Assembly (NCBI RefSeq): GCF_964194155.1
Contig: NC_135902.1
Location: forward strand, 47,678,001 to 47,742,000
Length of the DNA: 64,000 nt
Source: Cetorhinus maximus
Taxonomy: Eukaryota
Direction of reading: 5' to 3'
A program made the position numbers and the translations under genes. The notes under the pieces are model-generated. The model did not search any database and had not been told where the DNA came from. It saw nothing but the letters and a program-made list of their open reading frames with translations. Shown here piece after piece: positions 27,340-40,624 of the stretch. The number at the start of each line of letters is the position of its first letter. The stretch's first letter is position 1.

Positions 27340-27945
27340 ATGACAATATAGAGACAAGCCATTCAGCCCAACTGGTCTATGCTGCTGTTTATTCTCCACA
27401 CAAACCTCCTCTCACCCATTCTCGTCTCCACCACCATCAACCCCAATCACCATAGCCATCTTGCAATTTACCCTCATCTTTCATCACAGAATGGTTACAG
27501 CACAGAAGGAGGCCATTCAGCCCACCATGTCTGCATTGGCTCTCCGAATGAGCAATGCACCTACTGCCCCTCCCCTGCCTTCTCCCCATAACCCTGCACA
27601 TTCTTCCTTTTCAGATAATGATCCAATTCCCTCTTCAATTGCATTGAACCTGCCTCCACCACACTCTCAGGCAGTGCATTCCACATCTTAACCACTCGCT
27701 GTGTGAAAAAGTTTCTCCTCGTGTCTCCATTGCTTCTTTCGGCAATGACATTGAATCTGTGCCCACTCGTTCCCGATCCTTCCCACCAATGGGAACCGTT
27801 TCTGCCTATCTACTCTGTCCAGGCCCCTCCTCATTTTTAATACCTCTATCAAATCTCCTCTCAACCTTCTCTCCTCCAAGGAAAACAGTCCCAACTTCTC
27901 CAATCTATCTTCATAACTGAAGTTCCTCATCCCACGTACATCCAA
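27340..27945 (-). mobile_element. CR1 3' fragments
   Basis: SYEDRLEKLGLFSLEERRLRGDLIEV and CR1 3' UTR. Confidence 0.88.
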
Positions 27946-28065
27946 TAACCTTATAGGAAATGATCAAGTTTCCGCCCCCCCTCTCCCAACCCCACCCGCT
28001 TAGTTTCTCGCCAACTCTGAACACTTGTTGATTGGTATGTTTGGTGCACAAGGGTTGGTACATAC

Positions 28066-28287
28066 ATAGGCAGGGCCACTGCCACTGAGTCCAGTCACTG
28101 CATCGATCAGATCCTCCTCCACCTCCACGCAATACCCGACACTGGCCATCAGCTGTTCCAGCAGGTGCCCGTCTTCGACTGCTGCGTGTGTTCCCGTGGC
28201 GTACACTGTGGCCCCCTCGCGTACAATCACAGGGGTGTTGGTCATTAAGCGGATCACCTTCGGAAACTCGCGCACAGTAGACAGTTT
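28066..28287 (-). CDS. PYCR1: PYCR1 coding exon 4 (222 nt)
   Basis: [29 protein letters not shown]...[13 protein letters not shown]; ttacag| acceptor and |gtatgt donor. Confidence 0.97.
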
Positions 28288-31200
28288 CTGTAATACCAAG
28301 CAAGCTACGTGAGAAAAGTGGCAGTATGGCCGAATTGTTAGCATCAATGCTACATAGAATTGACAGCACGGAACAGGCCATTCAGCCCAACTGGTCTATC
28401 CTGGTGAGCTCTTATCCCTCTTCATCTGGTCAGATCATTATATCCTTCTATTCCTTTCTCCCTCATGTGTTTATCTAGCTTTCCCCCAAATAAATCTCTG
28501 CTATTAGTTCGTCAAATGCTTGTTTGAAAAAAGTAGGTGGATTCCTTCAACATAAATTGTTTAGAGGCTGACTGAAGAATGAATGATAACCAGACCAGGA
28601 GGAATTCATTAACTTAGGAATAAATAATGTAGCCAGCTTTCAGCATGGGGGGAAAATGGGTGGGGAGGGGGGCACATTTTCATTCAAGGGACTAATACAT
28701 AGAACAGAAATAGGCTTTCCAGCTCCTCGAGCCTGTTTTACCAATCAACTAGATCATAGTTAATTTGTACCACAACTCCATTTAGCCTCATTTAGCTTCA
28801 TATCCCTTGATATGCTTACCATGCAGAAATATATCGATCTCTGTCTTAAACGTTCCAATTTTCCCACTGCCTGTAGGGGGACAGAGTTCCTGATTTCTAT
28901 TACCCTCCATACTGTAACAAAATTCCTGTTGTACAGTTCAGGAAGTGTGAGGCAAGGAATGAGGAAACTTGGCTTATTGCAGTAAATGGAGATGGTCCCT
29001 AAAAAAGGAGAGAGCATGGACTCAGTAGATCGAATGGCCTCCTTTTATGCCGTAAATGGCTCGAGGATGCTCAGGAGGGATAGGAAAGAAGAGGGTGAAG
29101 CTCAGGGTCAGACATTTAGAAGGGAAAGAAAGCAGACTCTGAGGATATACCCAACAAGATTTTGTGCTTGGAGGTTTTTAAAGCAAAGAGCTACGATAGA
29201 ATAGGCTTTGCTGCAGGGGATCAATGAAAGTGCAGATGTGATTTTAACAGGAGATTTCAACCAGTGAAAAGTGAATTGGGAATGTCCGTCCCCAAGTGGC
29301 CTAGTGGCAGATTTTGAAAATATAAAACATATAATAGCTTCATGACCCATTTCCCCAAGGAAACAACAAAAGACTGTTCTCAAGTCGAATGGCAATGGGA
29401 ATTGACCAGAGACCGTACAATACGACCTCTGGGAGATAGTCATCACGTTCAACAAGACCTAGTATTCAACAATCGACGACCAATACCAAGCTTTACAATT
29501 TTAATCAAAGGCCAAGTACAGGGATAGGAGGTATAGCTCAGAGAACAGACTAATTGTAGGGGTAGTTGTTTATTAACTTCAGTAAGAGGAGAAATTAAAG
29601 AGTCTTCAGCATTTACACTGAGCAACAAGCAGGACAAGCAAGATCAACGAGCATTTCAAAAAGCAACCCTACATGGATCAAGAACATTATTAAAAGTCGA
29701 TGAAAGAAGCATGTGTTTACAAGGACAGAGAGAGAGAGTGGGGCAGCTCACTGGGATGGAAGGGGAGAGGAAAAGGAGAGAAGAGAAGAGGGGAAGGAGG
29801 GAAAATCTTCCCATAACGAACTAGCAGTCTTCAAGAAAATGGAATGCAGAGAATTGGGGACATCTGTCTAACATCACTACCTGATATAGGTCAGAAAGCA
29901 CTTTGCACTCTTTTCAGGGTAACTGGAGTTAGATGGTAAATGCAGCCACACCAATATCAGTCATGCCCATTCCCTGGAACGATTTTACAGCTAAGGTACG
30001 GATGCAATCTAGAGGCGAATAAACCACGTGATGGGGATTCAAAAGGAAGTTAACTTTCTTTTTACTTATAGGTCAGCTAAGATGGGCAGAATGACCTCCC
30101 TCATCTGTTTCACTTCTGAATAGTGGCTGGCCCAAACATTTAAAAGTGGCAAAAATATTCCAACAAACAAGAACCTCTGAAAGGACATTAAGCAAATTAA
30201 TAGCATAATTTCATCAGGTTACATTTGCATGGACTTCAAAGGATAAATGAACACAAATTGAATCAGATGCCCATCAGATTCACATTATGTTGATCACTCC
30301 GTGTAGTGATGAGCCACTCATGACATTTAATCTGTGCTTTCTAAAAGCTGCCCAATGTTATGGCAGTTGTTTGGAATCATCAGTAGAGTTCATCATACTC
30401 AGCAATTTTCTGGCATTCCCCTCGAAGACGGTTACCTTATTTTCAACATGGCCAATCTCCGTGTTTTTGGATATATAAAAGTAATTATTAATAGGTCATT
30501 AGTCTTGAACTGGTTGAATGCAAGTCGTTTGTAGAGTGACTCATTGTCAAACTGCTTCGTGCCCGCTGGTGTTTTAAAACAGCTGGCAAACCAACCTCTG
30601 CTGCTTGCTATTGTTGAGGTCGTAAGAATTAAGCATTTACTCCTTCCTATATATTGCTCTCAGCCCAAGACCTGCACTGAGCAGAGCGCTGGTCCGCTCC
30701 CCTGAGCATCAATATTCCACTCAGAGCAGCAATGTGGCTGCGCATCAGGACAGAGGGGTCATCCCACTAGCTGAATTGCCGGGTTTGCACCGAGCATTTC
30801 AGGTCAGAAATTGAGAGTCCAGTAGCGTCTCCTGGAAATCACAACCTGCTGCTGTACATTTCAATCAATCAGGCTGAAAACCGCACCTTAATGATTAAAA
30901 TGTAACTGCACAACTGAACGCAAAGAGATTATTTGGCAGTGCAAATTGTCCTGGGCAAATTTCTTCCCTCAACCACAAAATAAGCAAGTCAGCTTGGTCA
31001 CTCATCTCATTACGCTTTGTGGAACCTTGTGCATAAAATGGTGCCGGCATCCCCCAATCATTCATCGTGTGAAGCAACATGGGCTATTTGAGAAACAATG
31101 GGTATTCATAGAATTTTGCAGCGCAGAAGGAGGCTGCTCACCCCGGGGTACCCGTGCTCTCTCTCTGAAAGCACTATTCGCTTTGACCTGTTTCCCTTGA

Positions 31201-31399
31201 CACTTTAATTTTCTTTACCAAATAACTCACATAAACTTAGGTTCTTTCTTTTAAACCCACCAGAAATTAACAATTTTCAGCAAGTATCACAAGTCCCAAT
31301 CACAGGCCATCCTAATTCACAATCCCACTGTCCTCTGAGTAACCGTATTGGTGCTTGAACGAAATTCGGGTAAAGGATCATATCAATAAGAAGCCTCAC

Positions 31400-31579
31400 C
31401 TTTTCTATGGAGTTAATGGTGACTCCAGCAGCACAGGACACAACTAAGTGGCGTTCTTCGATATCAGGGGCAATCTCATCCAGTACGAAAGGGATAATGG
31501 GTGGTTTGACAGCGAGGAACAGGACGTCGCTCTTTTGAACGGTCTCCTTGTTGCTCAAGGTAAAATTGACACCAAGCTT
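31400..31579 (-). CDS. PYCR1: PYCR1 coding exon 3 (180 nt)
   Basis: [26 protein letters not shown]...[14 protein letters not shown]; tttgtag| acceptor and |gtgagg donor. Confidence 0.97.
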
Positions 31580-32079
31580 CTACAAAGCAAAATTTAAAGA
31601 AAATAATCAGAAAGATTGGAACGATGGAGCATTTCACACAGTGTAGCAGACCCTCAGAGTCGTAGTGCCATGCCCTGCACCTACCTTTACTCTAAATCAC
31701 TTCCCTAAAGTTAAAATACAATTGCTATTAAATTATGGGAGCTACGGTAATTCAATGGATATTCTGTCCGGCTACCTTTGTAACATTTTAACCATGCAGT
31801 GTGATCAGAACTCTTGATCAATTAGACTGGGCCCTGTGATCTCAGTGACTCCCACCTTTTTCAGTGACAGCTTCAACCAAAAAAAAAGTCATAGGAACAT
31901 GAATGGGACATTCAGACCCTTGAGCATATTCCGCGTCTCAATTAAATTATGACTGACCTGCACCTTCAACTCCACCTATTTGCCTGGGTTTTGAAATCCT
32001 TAATATTATTGCCTAACAAAAATCTATCAATCTCAGTTTTTCAATTTTCAACTAACCCCCAGACTTTGAGAGGGGAGAG

Positions 32080-32825
32080 AGTGACCTAGTGGTACTGTCA
32101 CTGTCACTAGACTAGTAAACCAGTGACTCAGGCTATTGTCCTGGGGAGAAGGGTTCAAATCCCACCACGATAGCCAGTGGAATTTAAATTCAATTCACAA
32201 ATGTGGAAATGAAAGCTATTCATCAATGATGGTGAACAGGAAACTATCATCAATTGCCATAAAAAAGGTGCTCAAAATCATGAGGGGTCTGGACAGAGTA
32301 GATAGGGAGAAACTGTTCCTGCTCATAAAAGGAAAGAGACGGCACAGATTTAAAGTGATTTACAAAAGAAGCAGATGTGAGGGAAAAAACCCTTTTCACA
32401 CAGCGAGTGGTTCAGGTCTGGAATGCACCACCTCACGGGAAGTGTGGCGGAGGCAGGTTCAATCCAGGCATTCAAGAGGGCATTAGGTGATTATTTAAAT
32501 AGAAACAATGTGCAGGGTTACAGGGAAAAGGCAGGAGAATGGCACTGAGAGTCATAATGCTCATTCAGAGAGTCAGCACAGACATGAAGGGCCGAATGGC
32601 CTCCTTCTGCACAGAAACAATTCTGTGATTCTGAAAAACCCATCTGGCTCACTAATATCCTTTAGGGAGGGGAACCTGCTGTCCTTACCTGGTCTGGCGC
32701 ACACGTGACTCCAGACCCACAGCAAAGCGGCCTCTGAGATGGACTAGCGAGCCACTCAGTTCAAGGGCAATTAAGGATGGGCAACAAATGCTGGCCTTGC
32801 CGGTGACGCCCATATCCCATGAAAG
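32080..32825 (+). mobile_element. Second tRNA-derived SINE family, with a CR1 3' fragment (~32266-32633) inserted
   Basis: Head with box-B-like gggttcaaatccc; tail gggcaattaaggatgggcaacaaatgctggcc; SINE resumes after the CR1 at an A-run. Confidence 0.75.
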
Positions 32826-33929
32826 GATCATTTTTCTTTACAAAAACTAACCTTTGGTGTAAAGCAATGTTTTCTGGCATCCTCCCCGAACGCCTCCGCT
32901 CTACTGTTAAGGTTAAGTTCCCTTGGGAAAAGCAGAAGTTGCTCCCAATTTAAAATCCAAGAAAACTGCCAAATAATTAATAGACTGCGCGGGGGGAGGG
33001 GGCACTGGGTTAAAACCAGGCCTTGCATTTAGGAACGCTTTTGTGCTTATTCAGGAGAATTGACCAGAGGGAGGGTGTAGGAAGACACAATTGGAGTCTC
33101 TGTGTCTCCCTTTTGTTCCTTCGTGTCAGAGTTGAGAATGCCATCCCTGTTGACGTAAATCAGAATCTGCAACCTTCTCCCACTCTGTGCATGAATAGAC
33201 AATTTACATGAGTTTTAGGGATGAAACTAAAAAGGCAATGCCCATTTTTTGCTACTCGCTAATTATCTACACATGGAACTGGACGGGGTACATTGGATAA
33301 AAGGCTCTGGTGACCAAGAACAGCAGGTTATTAAATGAAGTGTGACAAGTTTGCCAATGTGTTATTTTTCTGTCACCCTGTCAGATAATGACCACAAATA
33401 GGTCGATATTTAGCCAACAGGATAGCATGTGTTTGAGAGGGCGCAATAGCTCATCTGCTTTCTATAGTGGGCAATAAACACATATATGGGTTGAGATTTT
33501 TTTTTTTAAAAAAAGGAGCAAACAAGATCCTTTAATGACAAGGCAGAACCGAGTAAAATTAGGATTGGGATTGAAAGTTAAAAGTAGACCAGGGGGGGTC
33601 AGTGCGTAGGTCCAGCTGAAGCTTTTGGGCACGAATTCTTCAATACAGCCTCAGCCCCAGGATTGTCATGTAGCTAAGCAGAAAATCAATGCTTTAGCAG
33701 GCAGCACAGCTAGAAGCAGCCCTGGCGTGTGGTCCCCAGGCGGGATGCATGTTCATCCAACGCAGAGGGAGTTCTGGTTATCCACACAAGACAGCAATGT
33801 AGCTTCAGCGTTATCGCTAAGTAACGCAAGGCCAGCCAATGTTGTGCTGGCAACATTAAATAAGCTCTACCTCCTATCGCTGGCTGCTGTGAAAGCTGTC
33901 CTGAAGTGGATCCCATACCATGTTATTCA

Positions 33930-34965
33930 CATTTTTTTTATCCTTTGATGGGATGTGGGCATCAGTGGCAAGACCAGCATTTGTTGTCCATCCCCCAATC
34001 GCCCTAGAACTGAACATTTCAGAGGACAGTTAAGAGCCAACCACATTACTGTGGGTCTGGAGTAACATGGTAGATTTCCCTCCTTGAAAGGATATTGGTG
34101 ATGGGTTTTTATGACAATCAATGATCATTTCATGGTCACTATTACTGCCTGGCTTTTAATTACAAATTTTATTAATTGAACTTAAATTAAATTTGAACCC
34201 TTGTCCCCAGAGATAGGGCAGAATTTTGCCCTTGGATGGCGTATGGACCCCACCAGCTCAGCGGCGGGCGGACAGCCGACCCCTGCCACTGAAACGGGGC
34301 CCACCACCATTTTGAGTGGGCGGGACAATTAAGGACCGCCCAGCGGCCTGCCCGACAGGAAGTGCTATGCGCTTCCTGTGCGGGGGGGGAGGGAATCCCC
34401 ATCTGTCAAAGTGCGCACTGCTCCCTGAGGCAAAGGCCTGTCTCAGGGAGATTCGTGACAGGTAGGTAAAGTCTAAAAATAGATAGATATTGAAATTATT
34501 AACATGTCCCCCTCTTGTGACAATGTCACACGAGATGGGACATGTTAATAATAAACACATCAAATTTATTAAATGTTTAAAAAACGGACATGAAACTCCA
34601 TCCCGCCAGTGGATGAGGTGTCATGTTTTTTCAGAAGCTCGCCGGGGCTCCTGGCCTGCCCACCAGCCTTAAACTTGGACGGGCAGGTCTTTAATTAATT
34701 TAATTAGCCTGTCAATGGCCTTAATTGGCCATTGACAGGTCGGCGGGCGGACAGCTGATTTCGCTGTCCGCCCGCCTTCCTAAAATTTAAAGGGACCGGG
34801 ATGACATCGGGGGTTCCTCCCAACATCATCCCGCGTCATTTTCCGCTCGGTGAGCGGGCCCTGCCCCCAAATCGCCGAGGGGAAAACCCTGCCCATAATG
34901 TCCCCCATTATCCTTGTCTCTGGATTACTAGTCCGGTAACACTGCCACTTTTCCAATGACTCCCC
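33930..34965 (-). mobile_element. Second-family SINE interrupted by a MITE
   Basis: Reverse complement of the 32.1/40.6 kb SINE on both sides of 34216-34894. Confidence 0.7.
34216..34894. mobile_element. PIF/Harbinger-like MITE (~680 bp)
   Basis: TIRs GGGCAGAATTTTGCCC / GGGGAAAACCCTGCCC; 3-bp TSD ATA. Confidence 0.85.
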
Positions 34966-35034
34966 ATAATAATTTTACTATTCAAAAGAGACAGTGTCAT
35001 GGTGAATTGGTAAAGCAAAGATGGTGATTCCTAC

Positions 35035-35105
35035 CCTCAGACCTCCGACAGTGGGCAACTCCTGGTCTGGTGAACTTGCTGTAATCTTGTGCGCAGCTAA
35101 GACAC
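35035..35105 (-). CDS. PYCR1: PYCR1 coding exon 2 (71 nt)
   Basis: (G)VLAAHKITASSPDQELPTVGGLR; catcctcag| acceptor and |gtagga donor. Confidence 0.96.
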
Positions 35106-35176
35106 CTGAGGATGAAAAATCATGCTTCAGAAAATGAAGATTAAGTAAATGGGAAAAGAAGCACCATCCAATCTAA

Positions 35177-35326
35177 CTCTTTTTCACAGAAGCTCTGAAG
35201 AAGAGTCATACGGACTTGAAACATTAATTCTGTTTTTCTCTCCACAGACGCTGTTGGAACTGTTGAGTTTTTCCAGCATTTTCTGTTTTTGTTTCAGGTT
35301 TCCAGCATCCGCAGTATTTTGCTTTT
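35177..35326 (+). mobile_element. Penelope pLTR-derived insertion with hammerhead motif
   Basis: CTGAAGA-A-GAGTC-ATACG-GACTT-GAAAC-ATT at 35195-35225; degenerate TSD accat(cc/tg)aatctaa. Confidence 0.8.
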
Positions 35327-37049
35327 ACCATTGAATCTAATCCCACTTTCTAGTTCTTTGCTGCAGCCCCCTAAGTTAGGGCGCTTCAAGCGCATATCCA
35401 AGTATTTGTCCAAATGCAAACAGGGTTTCTGCCTCGACCACCCTCTGAAGTAACGGGTTCCAGGCCCTACCCTCCTCTGGGTGAAAAGAAATTCTCCTCA
35501 AATTCCATCTAATCTTTCCACCAAGTACTTTAAATCTGTGTCCCTGGTTATTGACCCCTCTGTAGAGGGAAATAGATCCTTCTTATCCATTCCATCTATG
35601 CCCATCATAATGTTATACACCTCAATCAAATTGCCCCTCAGCCACTTCTGTTGCAAAGAAAACAACCTCAGCCTAGCCAACCTTTCGCCTTAGGAGGTGA
35701 ATTTTTCATCAGAGTGGTCAAGTGGGAATTGGAGCTCAGACCCTCTGGGTTGCTAGCCCACCACTACATTGCTACGTGCTGTGAGCTCTTCAACATGTGC
35801 TAACACAGAACATAGGTGCCAGATGGAAACTCTCACTCATTCCAGGTTAATGGTCATCTGCAGCTACAACGTTGCTTCACAATGCAAACTAATCGCCAAT
35901 GACATCTCAGCCAATAGAGCAAACCAGAGTTTAGTTTTATATTCTCCCCATGAATGAGTGGCCTTACCAGCTAAATGACTACTTCTGAGCAGCAAGGGCA
36001 CCCGCCGTCCACTACAAAGTCTGGTGGCACTTTCGCCCAACCCATAGGTGGGGGAAAGGCACTGGGTGAATTGCTCATTCGGAGAGCCAATACAGGCACG
36101 ATGGGCCGAATGGCCTCCTCCTGTGCTGTAACAATTCTGCGATCCTGTGACTTCTGGGAGCCCCGATGGAATAAAGTTTTCAACTGGTAACGGAAACCCA
36201 GCTGCCAGGGCTGGCGGCTCCTCTGGGGCCATTTAATTGCTGCACTGCCATGTCTGCGACAGATATCCTGCCGCAAGAGCGACCAGCCAGAGGCCAAAAC
36301 AGCTTTGCAGTACCAGCGGCGCCACCAGGAGCAGTGGCAACTACCAGTATTACACTGGGGCCTACCCAGAGGATCAGAGATAGATCCTCCGAAGACAAGT
36401 GGGGCGGGATGAGGTTCCCAGGATGGGAGACACTGAGCGGGAATGGGGAGGGGTTTGGGTCAACAACAAGGTGGGGTGGGGGGGGCAAACCTTTCCTGGT
36501 GCCAGGTCCTGCAAATCGGGCACAAGGTGCCTGAGCACAAGGCAGCCCACCCCGCCCCCAAGATGGCTGCAGGCAAATCCAAACAGGGTTCCTTGGGCAG
36601 CCTTTCCAGATGGTGAGACTCCACCCGCCACTGGGCGAATACCAGTGGCAGTGGGATGAGGCCCATGAGTGGCCATTTAAGGGTCTCAGTTGGCTCTGGG
36701 CGTAAAGGCCACCAGCAAGCCTTCCCACCCCGAATTTAATCGGAAGGAGACGGGAATCTCCCACCTGATCACACCCACCCCCACCTTCGAACTCACCAGG
36801 AGTTGTTACCAGTCTCACTTAGCATGCTGACAGATCACCCATGGTATTTCTCAAAAGAAGTCAGATTACACATTGCTTTAAAAATATAATGACAGAGGGG
36901 GTTTTACAGAGGCTACAGCTAGTAATTCTCCCAAAGTTCATGTGTTGCTTTTTCCAACACCCCATGTAAGGTGGTGCCATGCTAACAACTGTCATTGCTT
37001 ACATTCTGAAGGAGCTCCTGTTGATCTGTGAATTCATCCTGTACTCAAA

Positions 37050-37330
37050 GTTCACAAGGTGATTGGTATGAGAGGGGACACAAGGAAAAACTTTTCACCC
37101 AGAGGGTGGTGGGCATCTGGAATTCTCTGCCTAAGTTGGTGGTTGAGGCTGAAATGCTCAACTCATTTAAAAGGTGCCTGGATCTGTACCTGAAATGCTG
37201 TAACCTGCAAGGCTATGGAGCAGGTGCTGGAAAGTGGGGTTAAAAATGGGAGGCTTAGTTTCTTTTCTTTCGCTCTTTCTTTGGCCAGCATGGACATGAT
37301 GGGCTGAATGGCCTCTTTCTGCATTGCTTA
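37050..37330 (+). mobile_element. CR1 3' fragment, same subfamily as 9861-10452
   Basis: KLFTQRVVGIWNSLPKLVVEAE and shared 3' UTR. Confidence 0.85.
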
Positions 37331-37419
37331 AGAAAAACCACAAAGGGATTTGGCAACCTCCTCACCAGGATGCTTTTCTGAAGGTAAAGCAATTGTTAAG
37401 ATCATTGGCCCTACTTTAA

Positions 37420-39513
37420 CCAAGGAAAGAATTGATTTTAATTTGTGAAGTATCCCCGTATGGAGTAGGGGCTTTACTTTCACATCGGATGGTGGATGGC
37501 TCCGAACGACCCATTGGGCATACATCTCACACGCTCAGTGCTGCAGAGCAACAATATTCTCAAATTGAGAAGGAGGGTCTGTCTGTTGTGTTTGGTGTTC
37601 GGGAATTCCATCAATACCTCCACGGTCGCCATTTCCACATTATATCCAACCACAAGCCTCTGCTTGGATTATTTCGAGAGGATAAGGCAATACCCCCCAT
37701 CACATCTGCTCACATCCAGAGGTGGGCACTGATATTGGCTGCTTACGAATACACTTTTACTCACCGATCGGGAAGCCAGATCACACATGCTGATGCTCTG
37801 AGCCACCTCCCCCTGCCAGATAACAACTTGAAGGTTCCAATTCCCCAGGAACTTGTCTTAGTACTAAATCTTTTAGATTCCTCTCCTGTCCAGGTCAAAC
37901 AAATCTGTGAGTGGACCAGCTGGGATACGCTTTTATTTGATGCCCGGGAGTAGATCTTGAATGGATGGTCAGGCGAGCCAAAGTCTGATGGCCTGAAGCC
38001 CTATTTCAATCGCAGCTATGAGCTCACCTGCCAGGATGGGATATTGCTCTGGGGAGCCAGGGTTATCCTGCCCCCCGAGAGGGCGAAGGCCATTACTGGC
38101 CGAATTACATAGTGCTGACCCTGGCATTAGTAGGATGAAGATGTTCTACTTGTGGTGGCCAGGAATGGACGCAGATATTGAAACCTTAGTCAAAAGTTGT
38201 CTTCAATGCCAGCAGGTACAAAAGCTACCCACCTTAGCTCCACTGCATTCCTGGGAATGGGTGGGGCGGCCATGGATGCGCCTCCAGTCGACTACATGGG
38301 GCCCTTCTTGGGCACAATGTTCCTTTTACTAATAGACGCCCACTCCAAGTGGATGGATGTCTACGAAGTCCGGTCACCCACGTCTGCTACCACCATAGAC
38401 CGTTTGTGACAGAGTTTTGCAGTGCACGGGTTACCAGGGGTGCTCGTGTCAGACAATGGCACTGCATTTACCAGCAGGGAGTTCCACAGGTTTATAACCC
38501 TCAGCGGAATAACTCCTATTAAAACCTCGTCTTACCACCCCGCCTCTAATGGTTTGGCTGAGCAGGCGGTCCAAACTTTTAAGTCCGGGATGAAAGAGCT
38601 GGACAGGGATTCCATCAGCACCAGATTGTCACGGTTCCTGTTCACATACTGGACGACACCACACACGGCCACCGGTATTGCCCCCGCTGAATTACTAATG
38701 AAGAGATGGCTCCTCACCCGTCTAACTCTTATCAGGCCAACTTAGGGGGGAGGGTGGAGAGAATTCAAGAGGCCCAGAAGACTAGACATGATGGCCATAA
38801 TCATGAAAGAAATTTCACGATGGGAGAAAAAGTCCTCGTGAAGATCTTTGGAGATGGGCCCAATTGGCTATTAGGCAAAGTGAGAGCCTTGACAGGTCCT
38901 CTCTCCTACAATGTATGGTAAACGGCCGAATAATTAAACGACATGTGGATTGTCTCCAGAGAAGAGAGACAGTCCCACAAGAAGGAACACTGTGATCATT
39001 TGCGTTTGAGTCTGCACCGCACGTGGAAAATATGTGACATGATTTGGAAATGCTGGTGGGGCCTGTTGGACCCGAGAGAGTTGAAGACACAAACTTGCCC
39101 ACTTCCACCGAAGAGCCTGGTGGACAGTTGACCCCTGAGAAGGGGCTCTCAGATAAACCAGCCGTTGAGCTACGACACTCGAAAAGTCCGAGGAAGCCTC
39201 CTGAGAGACTTGACTTGTAAATAGTTATTCATGTAAATAGGTGGGATGTTGTGATGCTTGTCAATTGTACTTTCAAAGAGGGAGGGATGTGGTAAAGTGG
39301 CGCGCTAAGAGAATGTAGTTAGTTGACCATGTGACTGTATTGGCCAATTGGCTACACAGCGCAGGCTCCTTGGGTAACTAAGTCCAGAGCTGGAGGTGAT
39401 TGTAGAAGCACACAAGGGGTCGGTGCTCTGTTCTTAGTTCCAACAAACCACCCACCCGTGTTTGTTCAGTTAATCGATCTCTCTGCCTATATTGTTTCAA
39501 GCACCAACTAACC
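37420..39513 (+). mobile_element. 5'-truncated, decayed Ty3/Gypsy LTR retrotransposon (RNase H, integrase, PPT, 3' LTR 39288-39513) in a PYCR1 intron
   Basis: CEVSPYGVGALLSH...YSQIEKEGL...NHKPL (RNase H); WWPGM...CLQCQ, VDYMGP, SDNG, YHPASNGLAE (integrase); stops and frameshifts; PPT AAAGAGGGAGGGA then TGTGG. Confidence 0.92.
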
Positions 39514-39649
39514 TGTTAGTATCAAGGGTGGACAAAGCGAACCTGATATCCAAAAACATAGGACCTGAGAGATGTCCAGAGACTATTCACTCCTTCAATC
39601 AATCAATCTGGCCAATTGTTAATTGGGACGTTCTACACTGAGGGAGCGA

Positions 39650-39830
39650 GGTGTCAGCTGTGGCTCAGTTCATAGCACCCTCACCTTTGAATCAGAAGGT
39701 TGTGGGTTCATGTCCCACTCCAGGACTTGAACAAAAAAAAAAGTCAAGAACTGTGAATGTACTCGAAAGAGTTACACTGAGGGAGCTGTAGCAATGCTGG
39801 GGAGGTCCTCTGTTGATAAGCGACATGTCA
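39650..39830 (+). mobile_element. Deu-domain SINE head (tRNA-like)
   Basis: gtggctcagtt (A box) ... gggttcatgtccc (B box). Confidence 0.65.
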
Positions 39831-39911
39831 GACTCTCAGCCAGTGTTTCCGAGTTGCCTGTGAAGACAGACAGCAGCCCCCTCCACAACAGAGCTTTACC
39901 TGACCTCTCAC

Positions 39912-39978
39912 CTGCAGCCGTGAATCCCCGGGCCAGAGCAAAGGCTAACTGGCCCGCTCCAATGAATCCGACACTCAT
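39912..39978 (-). CDS. PYCR1: PYCR1 coding exon 1 (67 nt coding; exon likely starts at 40027)
   Basis: MSVGFIGAGQLAFALARGFTAA(G), Rossmann motif; |gtgaga donor. The seven exons total 939 nt = 312 aa plus stop. Adjacent to MYADML2 like human PYCR1. Confidence 0.97.
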
Positions 39979-40139
39979 GGCTCTATCCCTTTGTGACAGC
40001 GATCCGGAACACCTCGCCGACCCTCACCTAGAACACAAAAAACCAGGCGGACATCAGTCACCCTGCCCGGGGTGGGGTGGGGGGTAGGGGGGAGATTTAG
40101 GGTCGATCCCACATCCCCAGTAAACTGCAGCCCCTTTAC

Positions 40140-40330
40140 CTTCCGCACTGCTCCGGGGGAACCAGCCTGGCCAACGTGGCCGAGAGAAGTGTCAAACCAA
40201 GCCAGCCTCCAGAGCGACGGCCGCCTCCACCAATGGGCTCGAGAGTTGCAGCTAGGCTCCGCCCACCCGACCGGGGTGCACCAATAGGTAAAGAGCAGGG
40301 CGGGGTTCCTGGCCCGAGAGTCGGATCCGC
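40140..40330 (-). promoter_or_regulatory. PYCR1: PYCR1 promoter and non-coding first exon (donor at 40139)
   Basis: AAG|GTAAAG donor; short intron to acceptor ttctag| at 40028; CCAAT at ~40230 and ~40281; GC boxes at ~40259 and ~40298; CpG-rich. Confidence 0.7.
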
Positions 40331-40469
40331 CTCGCAACAGGAGCTCAGCATTGCATCATTTCACAGGCCGGAGCGGGGAGGTCCCTGTGTCAACCACAAC
40401 TCCCTGTTGGCCCATTCAGAGCCTGAGAGTGGCATTGCCGAACTCTCACCCCCAACAAGAGTTAGGGGA

Positions 40470-40608
40470 TAAAAGCACAAAAAACTGCGGATGCTGGGAA
40501 ATCTGAAACAAAAACAAAAATAGCTGGAAAAACTCTGACAGGTCTGACAGCATCTGTGGAGAGGAACACAGTTAACGTTTCCAGTCCCTATGACTCTTCA
40601 TCAGAATA
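40470..40608 (-). mobile_element. Penelope pLTR-derived insertion
   Basis: 13-bp TSD AAGAG(T/C)TAGGGGA at 40457-40469 and 40609-40621. Confidence 0.85.
40570..40606 (-). ncRNA. Minimal type I hammerhead ribozyme motif
   Basis: TT-CTGATGA-A-GAGTC-ATAGG-GACTG-GAAAC-GTT-AACT; intact core, one stem II mismatch. Confidence 0.6.
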
Positions 40609-40624
40609 AAGAGCTAGGGGAGGG

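Noticed and set aside
36180-36818. 212-aa ORF (similarly 903-1451 and 19311-19862)
   Set aside because: Chance open frames in GC-rich Harbinger-like repeats with no recognisable domain.
39650-39730. tRNA-like A/B boxes (also 32.1, 40.6 and 59.5 kb)
   Set aside because: SINE heads that continue into SINE bodies; no complete cloverleaf seen.
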